DNA of 30,597 bases from a virus (lineage: Duplodnaviria > Caudoviricetes), in the IMG/VR virus record IMGVR_UViG_3300048882_000117, positions 1 to 30,597 of that record. One strand, given 5' to 3'. Below are positions 1 to 7,235 of this stretch, one piece after another (within the stretch, counting starts at the first letter, position 1; each line of letters begins with the position of its first letter). The translations under genes and the position numbers were made by a program. The notes under the pieces were generated by a model. That model was not told the DNA's origin, did no database searches, and saw nothing but the letters and a program-made list of their open reading frames with translations.

Positions 1-123
1 TTATATATCTATTATTAATGGTATTTAATTCTTAATAAAAATCAACAAGAGCATAAGGAAAATTCCTATCATAAGGCTCTTCCTATCATCCAACAACATC
101 CACATCCGACAACAAGGGTCGCT

Positions 124-142
124 CAGTTTAGCTAGATAAACC
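124..142. promoter_or_regulatory. Palindromic repeat element, copy 1 (CAGTTTAGCTAGATAAACC), putative operator
   Basis: GTTTA-N6-TAAAC inverted repeat about 30 bp upstream of the first ORF. Near-identical copies at 3204 and 6087. Confidence 0.6.
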
Positions 143-174
143 AGCCCTTCCAACAACAACAAGAGGTATTTATA

Positions 175-825
175 ATGGACGTTCAAGTCAAACTTAGTAA
201 AGCAGGAAAGATGCCATGCAAATCATGGTCTTTACAGGCTCGTACAACGTGCCCTGGCTCATTTGACTCTAGTGGTACACTAGTGCAAGTGTGTGAGGCG
301 TGTTATGCCACTCAAGGTATGTACAACATGCCCAACGTGAAGAACGTCCGCATATATAACCAACAAGATTGGAAAAGGGATGATTGGGTCGATGAGATGG
401 TGTACTCCATCGAAAACGATGATTACTTTAGGTGGTTTGACTCGGGCGACTGCTATAGCAAGTTGTTAGCCCTAAAGATACTGCTAATCATGAAGCGCAC
501 ACCCAACACTAAGCACTGGTTGCCTACTAGGTCAATGAAGTTCCAGAAGTTCCAGCGGGTATTCGCTGAGATGAACGCCTTACCTAATGTAGTCGTGCGT
601 TTCTCTGGGGACTCAATAGGGCATATCCCTGAAGGGCTACACAGCTCCACTACAGCCGTGGACATGGATACCCCTATAGATGGCGCTCAGATGTGCGTAG
701 CGTATGACCATGAGGGCAACAAGTGCCTAGATTGTAGAGCTTGCTGGTCTAAGGACGTACAAACCATTTCGTACCCAATTCATGGGCGTAAATACATTAA
801 ATTATTAAAAGAAGAGGTCGCATAA
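175..825 (+). CDS. GP88-like Cys-rich phage protein (possible Fe-S/radical-SAM-like fold)
   Basis: Motifs TCPGS...VCEACYA, YFRWFDSGD, HWLPTR, NVVVRFS and C-terminal KCLDCRACW resemble the phage gene-product-88 family. SD GAGGT upstream. Confidence 0.65.
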   Translation: MDVQVKLSKAGKMPCKSWSLQARTTCPGSFDSSGTLVQVCEACYATQGMYNMPNVKNVRIYNQQDWKRDDWVDEMVYSIENDDYFRWFDSGDCYSKLLALKILLIMKRTPNTKHWLPTRSMKFQKFQRVFAEMNALPNVVVRFSGDSIGHIPEGLHSSTTAVDMDTPIDGAQMCVAYDHEGNKCLDCRACWSKDVQTISYPIHGRKYIKLLKEEVA

Positions 826-1017
826 ATGAACCAACTAATCAAAGCTAAACAACAAGAACTTAAGCAGACATTACGATTAATAGACCGTGCTGACTACGCG
901 AATCTTTTGAGTCGTGAAGTATACGAGCTTGAATACCATGCAAGGGAGGTACAAAAGGATATTGAGTTACTACAGCTTATCCGTCAAACAGAGCTAGTAA
1001 TGGGGGTGATGTCATGA
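826..1017 (+). CDS. Hypothetical early protein (coiled-coil-like)
   Basis: Starts directly after the previous stop (TAA ATG), with GAGG upstream. Its stop overlaps the next start (ATGA). Confidence 0.65.
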   Translation: MNQLIKAKQQELKQTLRLIDRADYANLLSREVYELEYHAREVQKDIELLQLIRQTELVMGVMS

Positions 1018-1139
1018 TTTACGTGGAGAGCTTGTCAGACCTAGCTGAGATATGCGCACGCTTATACCATGAAGGTATCATCTTTGAGGCTGGCATTAGA
1101 CCCAATGGCATGTGGGTCATACAACTAAAGGGGTTTTGA
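1014..1139 (+). CDS. Small hypothetical protein, 41 aa (MIYVESLSDLAEICARLYHEGIIFEAGIRPNGMWVIQLKGF)
   Basis: Translated by hand; below the ORF track cutoff. ATGA overlap with the upstream gene and GGGGGTG SD-like sequence; fills the gap exactly. Confidence 0.6.
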   Translation: MIYVESLSDLAEICARLYHEGIIFEAGIRPNGMWVIQLKGF

Positions 1140-1140
1140 G

Positions 1141-1308
1141 ATGAGTGATGATGATGATGCATGGGTGTGTGATGTCTGCGGGGATGATGAGTACACCGTG
1201 GATTTACTCATAAACTCACCCGCTAAATGTATATGTGTGTCATGCCACCTTAAATGGCTTGAGCTTCAATCATGGAATACACCAAAGGATAACGACAATG
1301 GCTGTTAA
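1141..1308 (+). CDS. Small Zn-finger-like protein, 55 aa (CDVC...CVSC)
   Basis: Hand translation MSDDDDAWVCDVCGDDEYTVDLLINSPAKCICVSCHLKW...; two CxxC pairs; AAGGGG upstream; 1 nt after the previous stop. Confidence 0.55.
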   Translation: MSDDDDAWVCDVCGDDEYTVDLLINSPAKCICVSCHLKWLELQSWNTPKDNDNGC

Positions 1309-1561
1309 TAATAAACCAACACTGCAAGACCCCATAGAAACGTGGATAGCTCCCTCAATAGGGTGGGAATGGCGCGTCCTATCAAAAGAATCAGAGTACA
1401 AGTGGTATTGTGCTGTGCAAAAGACTCATGCGAATGCTAAGGGCAACCCCTTAACAACAACACTGCTCACATGGGATACATGGGAGTTCGGCATCGTCAG
1501 ACCTTCAACAATTATGCTTATGGGTGGGTTTCCAAAGGTATTAGCGGATAAATTATTATGA
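1298..1561 (+). CDS. Hypothetical Trp-rich early protein
   Basis: Part of track ORF 1235..1561. Start reassigned to ATG 1298 (AAGGA SD upstream). GWEWRVL...WYCAV...WEFG pattern; stop overlaps the MTase start (ATGA). Confidence 0.6.
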   Translation: MAVNNKPTLQDPIETWIAPSIGWEWRVLSKESEYKWYCAVQKTHANAKGNPLTTTLLTWDTWEFGIVRPSTIMLMGGFPKVLADKLL

Positions 1562-2724
1562 TTAACAGTACAGTTTATCCAGCTAAACCAGCCTTAATCA
1601 TCTGGTCTGTATTTGACGGGTGTGGCATGGGTATACAAGCAGCGAAAGAGGAAGGTTATACCTTATCGGAAGTGCATACATGGGAGGTTGACAAGTACGC
1701 TAAATTCATCAGTAAGAAGAATCACCCAGAATCCATACAGCATGGGTGTGTTACTACCTGTACCCGTGAGCTAATGGAAGCCTCACCACCGGACGTTATT
1801 ATTGGGGGTAGCCCTTGCCAAGGGTTCTCTAGTGCTGGCCTACAGGGGGGTCTGGAGGACAGTAGGAGTAGGCTGTTCTGGGAGTGGTTACGCATAAAGG
1901 ATTTAGCCCTAGATTTGAACCCTAATTGCGTGTTTATCCTAGAGAATGTACGCATGAAAAAGGAGTGGGTAGATAAGTTATCTGATGAGGTGGGAGTCCG
2001 TCCTATCACCATCAACTCCAGCCTAGTCAGCGCCCAGAATAGGGTGAGATTGTACTGGTCTAACAAGCCAATCACTGTACCTGATGATGAGGGTATCCTC
2101 TTGAAAGATATCCTAGAGTTGGGTGGGTTTGTAACTGACCGTGATAAAAGCTACTGCATAGATGCCAACTATTTCAAGGGTGGTAATGTCAAGAACTATC
2201 TTGAGAAAAGCCGTAGGCAAATTGTGTTCAGCCCACTAGGATTAGCCCATGTAGCTAATGCAGACCTCAAAGGGTCAGAAAGTCTTAAGCGGGTATACCA
2301 CGAGGACGGTAAGAGTCCCACGTTAACTGCTCATTCTGGGGGTAATACAGAAGCCAAGGTACTGGTACACCCTGCGAGTATTGTGGGGCGTAGGATTAAC
2401 GACAGAGGGGTTAGGGATGACTACAATAAAGATGTACCTATAACCCAATGTCTACAGGTCAAATCAAACCCCGATAAAAGTGGCTGTCTCACGACTGTCG
2501 AAAAGGATAATGTTCTATCCCTGAATAAACCGGGTAGGTATCCTAATGCCTATGAGGATGAGCAATTGATGTGGAGGAAGCTAACACCACTCGAATGTGA
2601 GCGCCTACAGACTCTCCCTGATGGGTACACGGAGGGTGTGAGCAATACCCAGCGTTATAAGATGTTGGGTAATGGGTTCACAGTTAAGGTCATTCGTCAT
2701 ATCCTTAGTTGTACACTTGGGTAA
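1558..2724 (+). CDS. DNA (cytosine-5)-methyltransferase
   Basis: Motif I SVFDGCG, catalytic motif IV GGSPCQGFS, motif VI ENV, motif VIII QNRVRLYW, motif IX RKLTPLECERLQ and motif X YKMLGNG. Confidence 0.93.
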   Translation: MINSTVYPAKPALIIWSVFDGCGMGIQAAKEEGYTLSEVHTWEVDKYAKFISKKNHPESIQHGCVTTCTRELMEASPPDVIIGGSPCQGFSSAGLQGGLEDSRSRLFWEWLRIKDLALDLNPNCVFILENVRMKKEWVDKLSDEVGVRPITINSSLVSAQNRVRLYWSNKPITVPDDEGILLKDILELGGFVTDRDKSYCIDANYFKGGNVKNYLEKSRRQIVFSPLGLAHVANADLKGSESLKRVYHEDGKSPTLTAHSGGNTEAKVLVHPASIVGRRINDRGVRDDYNKDVPITQCLQVKSNPDKSGCLTTVEKDNVLSLNKPGRYPNAYEDEQLMWRKLTPLECERLQTLPDGYTEGVSNTQRYKMLGNGFTVKVIRHILSCTLG

Positions 2725-2745
2725 GACATTAATATACTGTATAAT
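2717..2745 (+). promoter_or_regulatory. Putative host sigma70-type promoter
   Basis: TTGGGT-17 bp-TATAAT upstream of ORF 2779. Perfect -10, weak -35. Confidence 0.4.
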
Positions 2746-2778
2746 ATAAACCAATAGAGAGAGAGAGGTAATAGAAGA

Positions 2779-2991
2779 ATGGATGAAGTTATTCGCTACA
2801 TCTACGGATTTAGCCGTGGCACTATAGGCTATAGATATGTTAGGCACTGCATGAAGAATGAGGTAATCATAAAACCGTGGGTATTCCTGCGGGAGTATGA
2901 GCCAACACTAGTCTCATGTTCAATGGTTAGTCATTTAAGTCGAGCCGTTGAACTCTTAGAAGAAAATCACCACAACTTTAAATCAATATAA
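2779..2991 (+). CDS. Hypothetical protein
   Basis: ORF with GAGGT SD upstream; no recognisable motif. Confidence 0.5.
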   Translation: MDEVIRYIYGFSRGTIGYRYVRHCMKNEVIIKPWVFLREYEPTLVSCSMVSHLSRAVELLEENHHNFKSI

Positions 2992-3006
2992 TAAGGAATC
3001 ATATAT

Positions 3007-3219
3007 ATGAGCAATAGAAAACCTTCACAGAAATCTTTAGTTCTTTCGCACCTATCATTAGGCGGGTCAATTGATGCCATGTCAGCTATACGTCTATGTA
3101 GATGTGTGAGGTTAGCTGCTATTATCCATATACTAAAGAATGAAGGGCATGAAATCCTTAAGCAAACTGTCGTGCAAAACGATGGGGCGCGATTAGCCAC
3201 TTACAGTTTAGCTAGATAA
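3007..3219 (+). CDS. Small winged helix-turn-helix DNA-binding protein
   Basis: The pattern SQ..LVLSHL..GGSIDAMSAIRLCRCVRLAAIIHILKNEGHEI...ATYSL matches small phage wHTH proteins (HTH_39-like). AAGGA SD. Confidence 0.75.
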   Translation: MSNRKPSQKSLVLSHLSLGGSIDAMSAIRLCRCVRLAAIIHILKNEGHEILKQTVVQNDGARLATYSLAR

Positions 3220-3230
3220 ACTGGTATGAT
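3204..3230 (+). promoter_or_regulatory. Palindromic element copy 2 (CAGTTTAGCTAGATAAACTG) overlapping an extended -10 promoter (TGGTATGAT)
   Basis: Perfect 7-bp arms CAGTTTA/TAAACTG. TGnTATGAT at 3222-3230, upstream of the ligase-Ia/RNAP genes. Confidence 0.6.
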
Positions 3231-3231
3231 A

Positions 3232-3261
3232 TACATGGAGGTGTTGTTATGCACCTCTGTA
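3232..3261 (+). promoter_or_regulatory. Leader hairpin occluding a GGAGGTG SD
   Basis: TACAtGGAGGTGT-TGTTAT-GCACCTCTGTA: GAGGTG/CACCTC stem extended by TACA/TGTA. Confidence 0.5.
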
Positions 3262-3292
3262 CTTTAATCAGGCATGCACCAACGGAGAACTA

Positions 3293-3568
3293 ATGGAAAT
3301 AAATAAACTAACTAAAGAGCAGTTAGTACCTCAGTACCTCATTCACAGCTTTCTATATTATATAGAGGAAGACCCAGTAATCACAGATGCATCTTACGAT
3401 AAGCTATGCAGGATGTTACTAAGTAACTTTGACGATATAAATCACAGGCACAAGGGGTTGGTTACCAAAGAGGCTTTACGGGCTGGTACGGGCTACCACC
3501 TAGCCGAGAATGACTATCCCCGTATTGTTATAGGGGCAGCGAGGCACCTAAAAAGTAGGGTGCAATAA
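3293..3568 (+). CDS. Stand-alone NAD-dependent DNA ligase subdomain Ia-like protein
   Basis: HSFLYYIEEDPVITDASYDKL matches the LigA domain Ia signature (YY..D.P.ISD.EYD.L). No adenylation KxDG motif; only 91 aa. Confidence 0.75.
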   Translation: MEINKLTKEQLVPQYLIHSFLYYIEEDPVITDASYDKLCRMLLSNFDDINHRHKGLVTKEALRAGTGYHLAENDYPRIVIGAARHLKSRVQ

Positions 3569-6004
3569 ATGGACACTCTAGCCAAAAGGATTCTACATGA
3601 GAGACAGGTAGAGCTTGAAGAGAAGATGAGTTCTAGGGGTATTAGCAGATACCGTAAGAACTTAGAGCAATCCCTCCCTAGTAATAACACTAGTGGTATA
3701 TCCTTAATGAAGAAGACAGTAGGGGTAGTTGAACAGGGAATCATAGACTATCTCAAGGATACCCTTCAAGGTAATGCAGGTAGAGGTAACCGTGCAACGA
3801 ATGCTAAGTTACTTAATATGGTAGCTCCTGATGTGTCAGCTTACTTGGCACTTAAGACAACCATCGACCATATGTCCCTGAATCCTGCCCTTACTGCCAC
3901 TGCAATGAGGATAGCTGGGTTTCTTGAAGATGAGTTCAAGTTCGACTTGTTCAAGAAGCAAGAACCTAAGCTGTATGGTGCAGTCAAGCATCAAGTCAGT
4001 AAGCGTACAAGTAACAGGCATTACATGAGGTATAACCTGATACATACGATGAACAAGCATGCCCTCATCACCTATGAGCCTTGGTCCAGGACTGAGAAGT
4101 TACACTTGGGCTGTAAGTTGCTTGATATTATCGTGCGGACTACTGGGTTAATAGAGAAAGGTAAGATTGGTCAGGGACGTAGGTCTAAACTCATCATACA
4201 GCCCACTAAGGGTGCATTGGATTGGGTTACTGAGGTCAATCGTAATGGGGAATCACTCAGCCCATCCTATGCACCTTGCATTATCCCACCTAAGGAGTGG
4301 ACAAGTGTATATTCAGGGGGTTATTGGTCAGAACATATAAGACCACTACCCTTAGTTAAAACAACCAATAGATGTATCCTAGAGGAGTTTGATAATCACG
4401 ACATGCCCTTAGAATATAAGGCAATTAATGCCCTACAAAATACAGGTTGGCGCATTAATACACCTATAGTTACTGTAGTAGAGCAGATATGGGATAGAGG
4501 GGGTTCATGGGCAGGGTTACCCAGTAGGGACTCATTACCAATACCCACCTGTCCCCTACCTAAGGACCTAGCTAAGGAAGATATGTCGGTCATGCAAGCC
4601 GAACAGTTCAAGATGTGGAAACGTAGGGCTAGTGTGGTGTACAACAAGAACGCTAAGATGGCATCAAAGCGGTTGTCTTTAATACGCACACTACAAATGG
4701 CTAAGGAGTACAAGGAAGAACTATACTTCCCCTACCAGAATGACTATCGAGCCAGAAAATACGCGGTTAGCAGTTTCTTAAATCCGCAGGGTACAGACTA
4801 TAGCAAGGCGTTAATCCATTTCTCTAAGGGTAAACCTATTGCTACGGAACAAGCCTTCCATTGGCTCTGTGTTCAAGGGGCGAACACGTTTGGTAACGAT
4901 AAGGTTACGTTTAACCAGCGACAGCTATGGGTTGAAGAGAATGAAGAGGCTATACTTAAATCTGCAACAGACCCATTGGGTTATCCTTGGTGGGCTGAGG
5001 CAGGTGACCCATTTCAGTTCCTTGCATTCTGTTACGAGTATGCAGGGTTTAAGCGTGAAGGGTGGGGTTACATTAGTCACTTGCCTATAGCTCTGGATGG
5101 TCGTAACAATGGCTTGCAGCATCTAAGTGCCTTAGGGCTTGATGCAGTGGGCGGTAAGGCTACTTGCTTGGTCCCAAGTGATACACCAGAGGATATGTAT
5201 CAGATGGTGTATGAGAAGCTGTGGGCTAAGGTCGAAGAGGATGCCGACAACCCTATGGCGCAAATGTGGTTAGCCTTTGGTGCATCTCGCAAGACAGTGA
5301 AGCGTCCTATCATGGTAATTCCGTATGGAGGCAGTAGGTTCAGTTGTTCCGAGTACATACAGGATTACATTAACGAACAGATTGACGAGGGTCAAGAGGA
5401 TGTATTCGGGGATGAGCAGTTCAAAGCAGTCCTGTACTTATCTAATCTGCTATGGGATGCAGCGAATGAAGCTGTGCCTGCTGCTAGAAAGATAATGGCA
5501 TACCTTCAGGAGGTGGGTAAGGTGCTGTCTAAGGAGAACTTACCTGTTATATGGAAGACTCCTACTGATTTCTGGGTACATCAAATGTATCCTGATACTG
5601 TGGCTAGACGGATAACTACTCATATAGATGGAGTACTTATCAAACCTCAATTACGCATAGATAACTTCAAAGCTATAGATAAAAGGAGAGCAATCAACGG
5701 AGTTAGCCCTAACTTTGTCCACTCGATGGACGCTAGTGCCATGACTCTTACTATATGTAAGGCTGTGGATGAGGGTATAAGTTCTTTCGCAATGATTCAT
5801 GATTCCTATGGAGTACATGCATCTGATACAGAGCTAATGGGTAGACTTATCCGGGAAAGCTTCGTAGAGATTTACAGAACTGACCGACTTACTGAGTTTG
5901 CTGACCATGCAAGGGAAGTATTAGGGGATGCTGTGCCACATCCACCAGAGAAAGGCACGTTAGATATAGAGCAAGTATTAGAGTCGAAGTATTTCTTTGC
6001 CTAG
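3569..6004 (+). CDS. T7-like single-subunit DNA-directed RNA polymerase (gp1)
   Basis: DYRARKY, motif A PIALDGRNNGLQH, motif B RKTVKRPIMVIPYG, PNFVHSMDA, motif C IHDSYG and C-terminal YFFA. Confidence 0.98.
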   Translation: MDTLAKRILHERQVELEEKMSSRGISRYRKNLEQSLPSNNTSGISLMKKTVGVVEQGIIDYLKDTLQGNAGRGNRATNAKLLNMVAPDVSAYLALKTTIDHMSLNPALTATAMRIAGFLEDEFKFDLFKKQEPKLYGAVKHQVSKRTSNRHYMRYNLIHTMNKHALITYEPWSRTEKLHLGCKLLDIIVRTTGLIEKGKIGQGRRSKLIIQPTKGALDWVTEVNRNGESLSPSYAPCIIPPKEWTSVYSGGYWSEHIRPLPLVKTTNRCILEEFDNHDMPLEYKAINALQNTGWRINTPIVTVVEQIWDRGGSWAGLPSRDSLPIPTCPLPKDLAKEDMSVMQAEQFKMWKRRASVVYNKNAKMASKRLSLIRTLQMAKEYKEELYFPYQNDYRARKYAVSSFLNPQGTDYSKALIHFSKGKPIATEQAFHWLCVQGANTFGNDKVTFNQRQLWVEENEEAILKSATDPLGYPWWAEAGDPFQFLAFCYEYAGFKREGWGYISHLPIALDGRNNGLQHLSALGLDAVGGKATCLVPSDTPEDMYQMVYEKLWAKVEEDADNPMAQMWLAFGASRKTVKRPIMVIPYGGSRFSCSEYIQDYINEQIDEGQEDVFGDEQFKAVLYLSNLLWDAANEAVPAARKIMAYLQEVGKVLSKENLPVIWKTPTDFWVHQMYPDTVARRITTHIDGVLIKPQLRIDNFKAIDKRRAINGVSPNFVHSMDASAMTLTICKAVDEGISSFAMIHDSYGVHASDTELMGRLIRESFVEIYRTDRLTEFADHAREVLGDAVPHPPEKGTLDIEQVLESKYFFA

Positions 6005-6026
6005 TAGTTGTACACCAGTGTATAAT
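5997..6026 (+). promoter_or_regulatory. Putative promoter after RNAP (TTGCCT-18-TATAAT) containing palindrome TTGTACACCAGTGTATAA
   Basis: Sigma70-like hexamers. This is also where T7-like phages place their first phage promoter. Confidence 0.45.
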
Positions 6027-6044
6027 ATAAGGATAATGCAATTA

Positions 6045-6224
6045 ATGGACAGTCTAGTTATAAACTATAAACCGAAATCTGATAACCAGTTTAGCCAGAT
6101 AAACCAAGAGAAATTGATTCACACAATAAACATTTTAAAGATGAGGGATATAGCAATACCCGTTGACTTACAAGCCAGAGCAGTAGCAGAAGGCATAGAT
6201 GTCGAAGCAATTCTAAAATCGTAG
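6045..6224 (+). CDS. Small hypothetical protein (C-terminal IPVDL..RAVAEGIDV); start uncertain
   Basis: Track ORF 5997..6224 between RNAP and ssb. Alternative starts at 6036, 6045, 6114 (TTG) and 6141. Confidence 0.5.
   Translation: MDSLVINYKPKSDNQFSQINQEKLIHTINILKMRDIAIPVDLQARAVAEGIDVEAILKS
6087..6105. promoter_or_regulatory. Palindromic repeat element copy 3 (CAGTTTAGCCAGATAAACC)
   Basis: 18 of 19 nt identical to copy 1; lies upstream of ssb. Confidence 0.6.
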
Positions 6225-6241
6225 ATACCATAAGGAACAAT

Positions 6242-6886
6242 ATGACAACACATACAACAGAAAACTTTCAAGTAATCTCAGGCCAAGCTTATTACTGCGC
6301 GTTCATCACACCTGATTCATATAAAGGTGGCCCCAAGACCTACAAAGGTCGTGTGCTTTTAAAAGAAGAGGATGCGGTGGAGCTTATGGCTCACTGTGAT
6401 TCTTTGGTTGACTCACACCTAGCAGATATAAAGAAGGAGAATCCTAAGAAACGCCAGATTAATGTGCATCAAATGTATTCATTCTTGGATGACTTTCCGG
6501 GCATGGTGGCATTCACATTCAAGCAGAATGCCGAAGTACCCACAAGAGATGGTGGTATATGGGAACCTAAAATAGCAATCTACGATGCCAAAGCAAACAG
6601 GGATAAAAACATCAAGTCGATACCTAATGGGGCAACCATCAAGGTGGCATGGCAACCAAGAGGGTGGTTTCAAGGGGGCAACAACATGGCTGGTGTCAAA
6701 ATGCAACCCACCTCTGTACAAGTCATTGATATTAATACTGAATTAGCAGGGGGTCCGGAGGGAAATCCGTTCTCTGAAGTAACAGGACAAGGAGTCTATG
6801 AAACGCAAGCATATCAAGAGGCAGCACAAGGCGAGGACTTATTCTCCGCAGAGGCCGAAACAGAACAGTCTGGGTCAGACTTTTAG
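6242..6886 (+). CDS. ssDNA-binding protein (T7 gp2.5-like)
   Basis: Position; OB-fold-like features (FTFKQNA, IYDA, GVKMQPTSVQVID); acidic tail ending in Phe; AAGGA SD. Confidence 0.88.
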   Translation: MTTHTTENFQVISGQAYYCAFITPDSYKGGPKTYKGRVLLKEEDAVELMAHCDSLVDSHLADIKKENPKKRQINVHQMYSFLDDFPGMVAFTFKQNAEVPTRDGGIWEPKIAIYDAKANRDKNIKSIPNGATIKVAWQPRGWFQGGNNMAGVKMQPTSVQVIDINTELAGGPEGNPFSEVTGQGVYETQAYQEAAQGEDLFSAEAETEQSGSDF

Positions 6887-7235
6887 GAGTAACTTCGAGT
6901 ACGAATTTGCTGAAGACCTAATCAAACGTAGTGTCCCTTATGAGTATGAACTTGCAAGGGTTCACTACGAGCAGAGAAGGATGTATAAGCCTGACTTTGT
7001 ATTAGATAACGGAATCATAATTGAAACCAAAGGATGGTTCAAGAGTGCTGACCGTACTAAGCATAAGCTAATTAAAAAGCAGCACCCTGAATTAGATATC
7101 CGCTTCATCTTCATGAACCCTGATGCAAAGGGTGAAGGAAGCAAGGTAACTAATGCTGAGTGGTGCAAGAAGAATGGATTCAAGTACGCAAGAATGCGAC
7201 TACCAAAGGATTGGGAAGATGAGAAGAACGACTGA
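6798..7235 (+). CDS. Endonuclease I / Holliday junction resolvase (T7 gp3-like)
   Basis: FRSNFE, YKPDF and IIIETKG (PD-(D/E)xK), plus QHPELDIRFIF. Confidence 0.95.
   Translation: MKRKHIKRQHKARTYSPQRPKQNSLGQTFRSNFEYEFAEDLIKRSVPYEYELARVHYEQRRMYKPDFVLDNGIIIETKGWFKSADRTKHKLIKKQHPELDIRFIFMNPDAKGEGSKVTNAEWCKKNGFKYARMRLPKDWEDEKND

Noticed and set aside
2735-2754. Possible LexA/SOS box TACTGTATAATATAAACCAA
   Set aside because: The left half matches, but the required CAG in the right half is absent (ACC).
3204-3223. Palindrome read as a dif/attP site of a temperate phage
   Set aside because: It does not match XerC/XerD arms, and no integrase lies upstream of the RNAP or elsewhere in the window. Kept only as a minor alternative.
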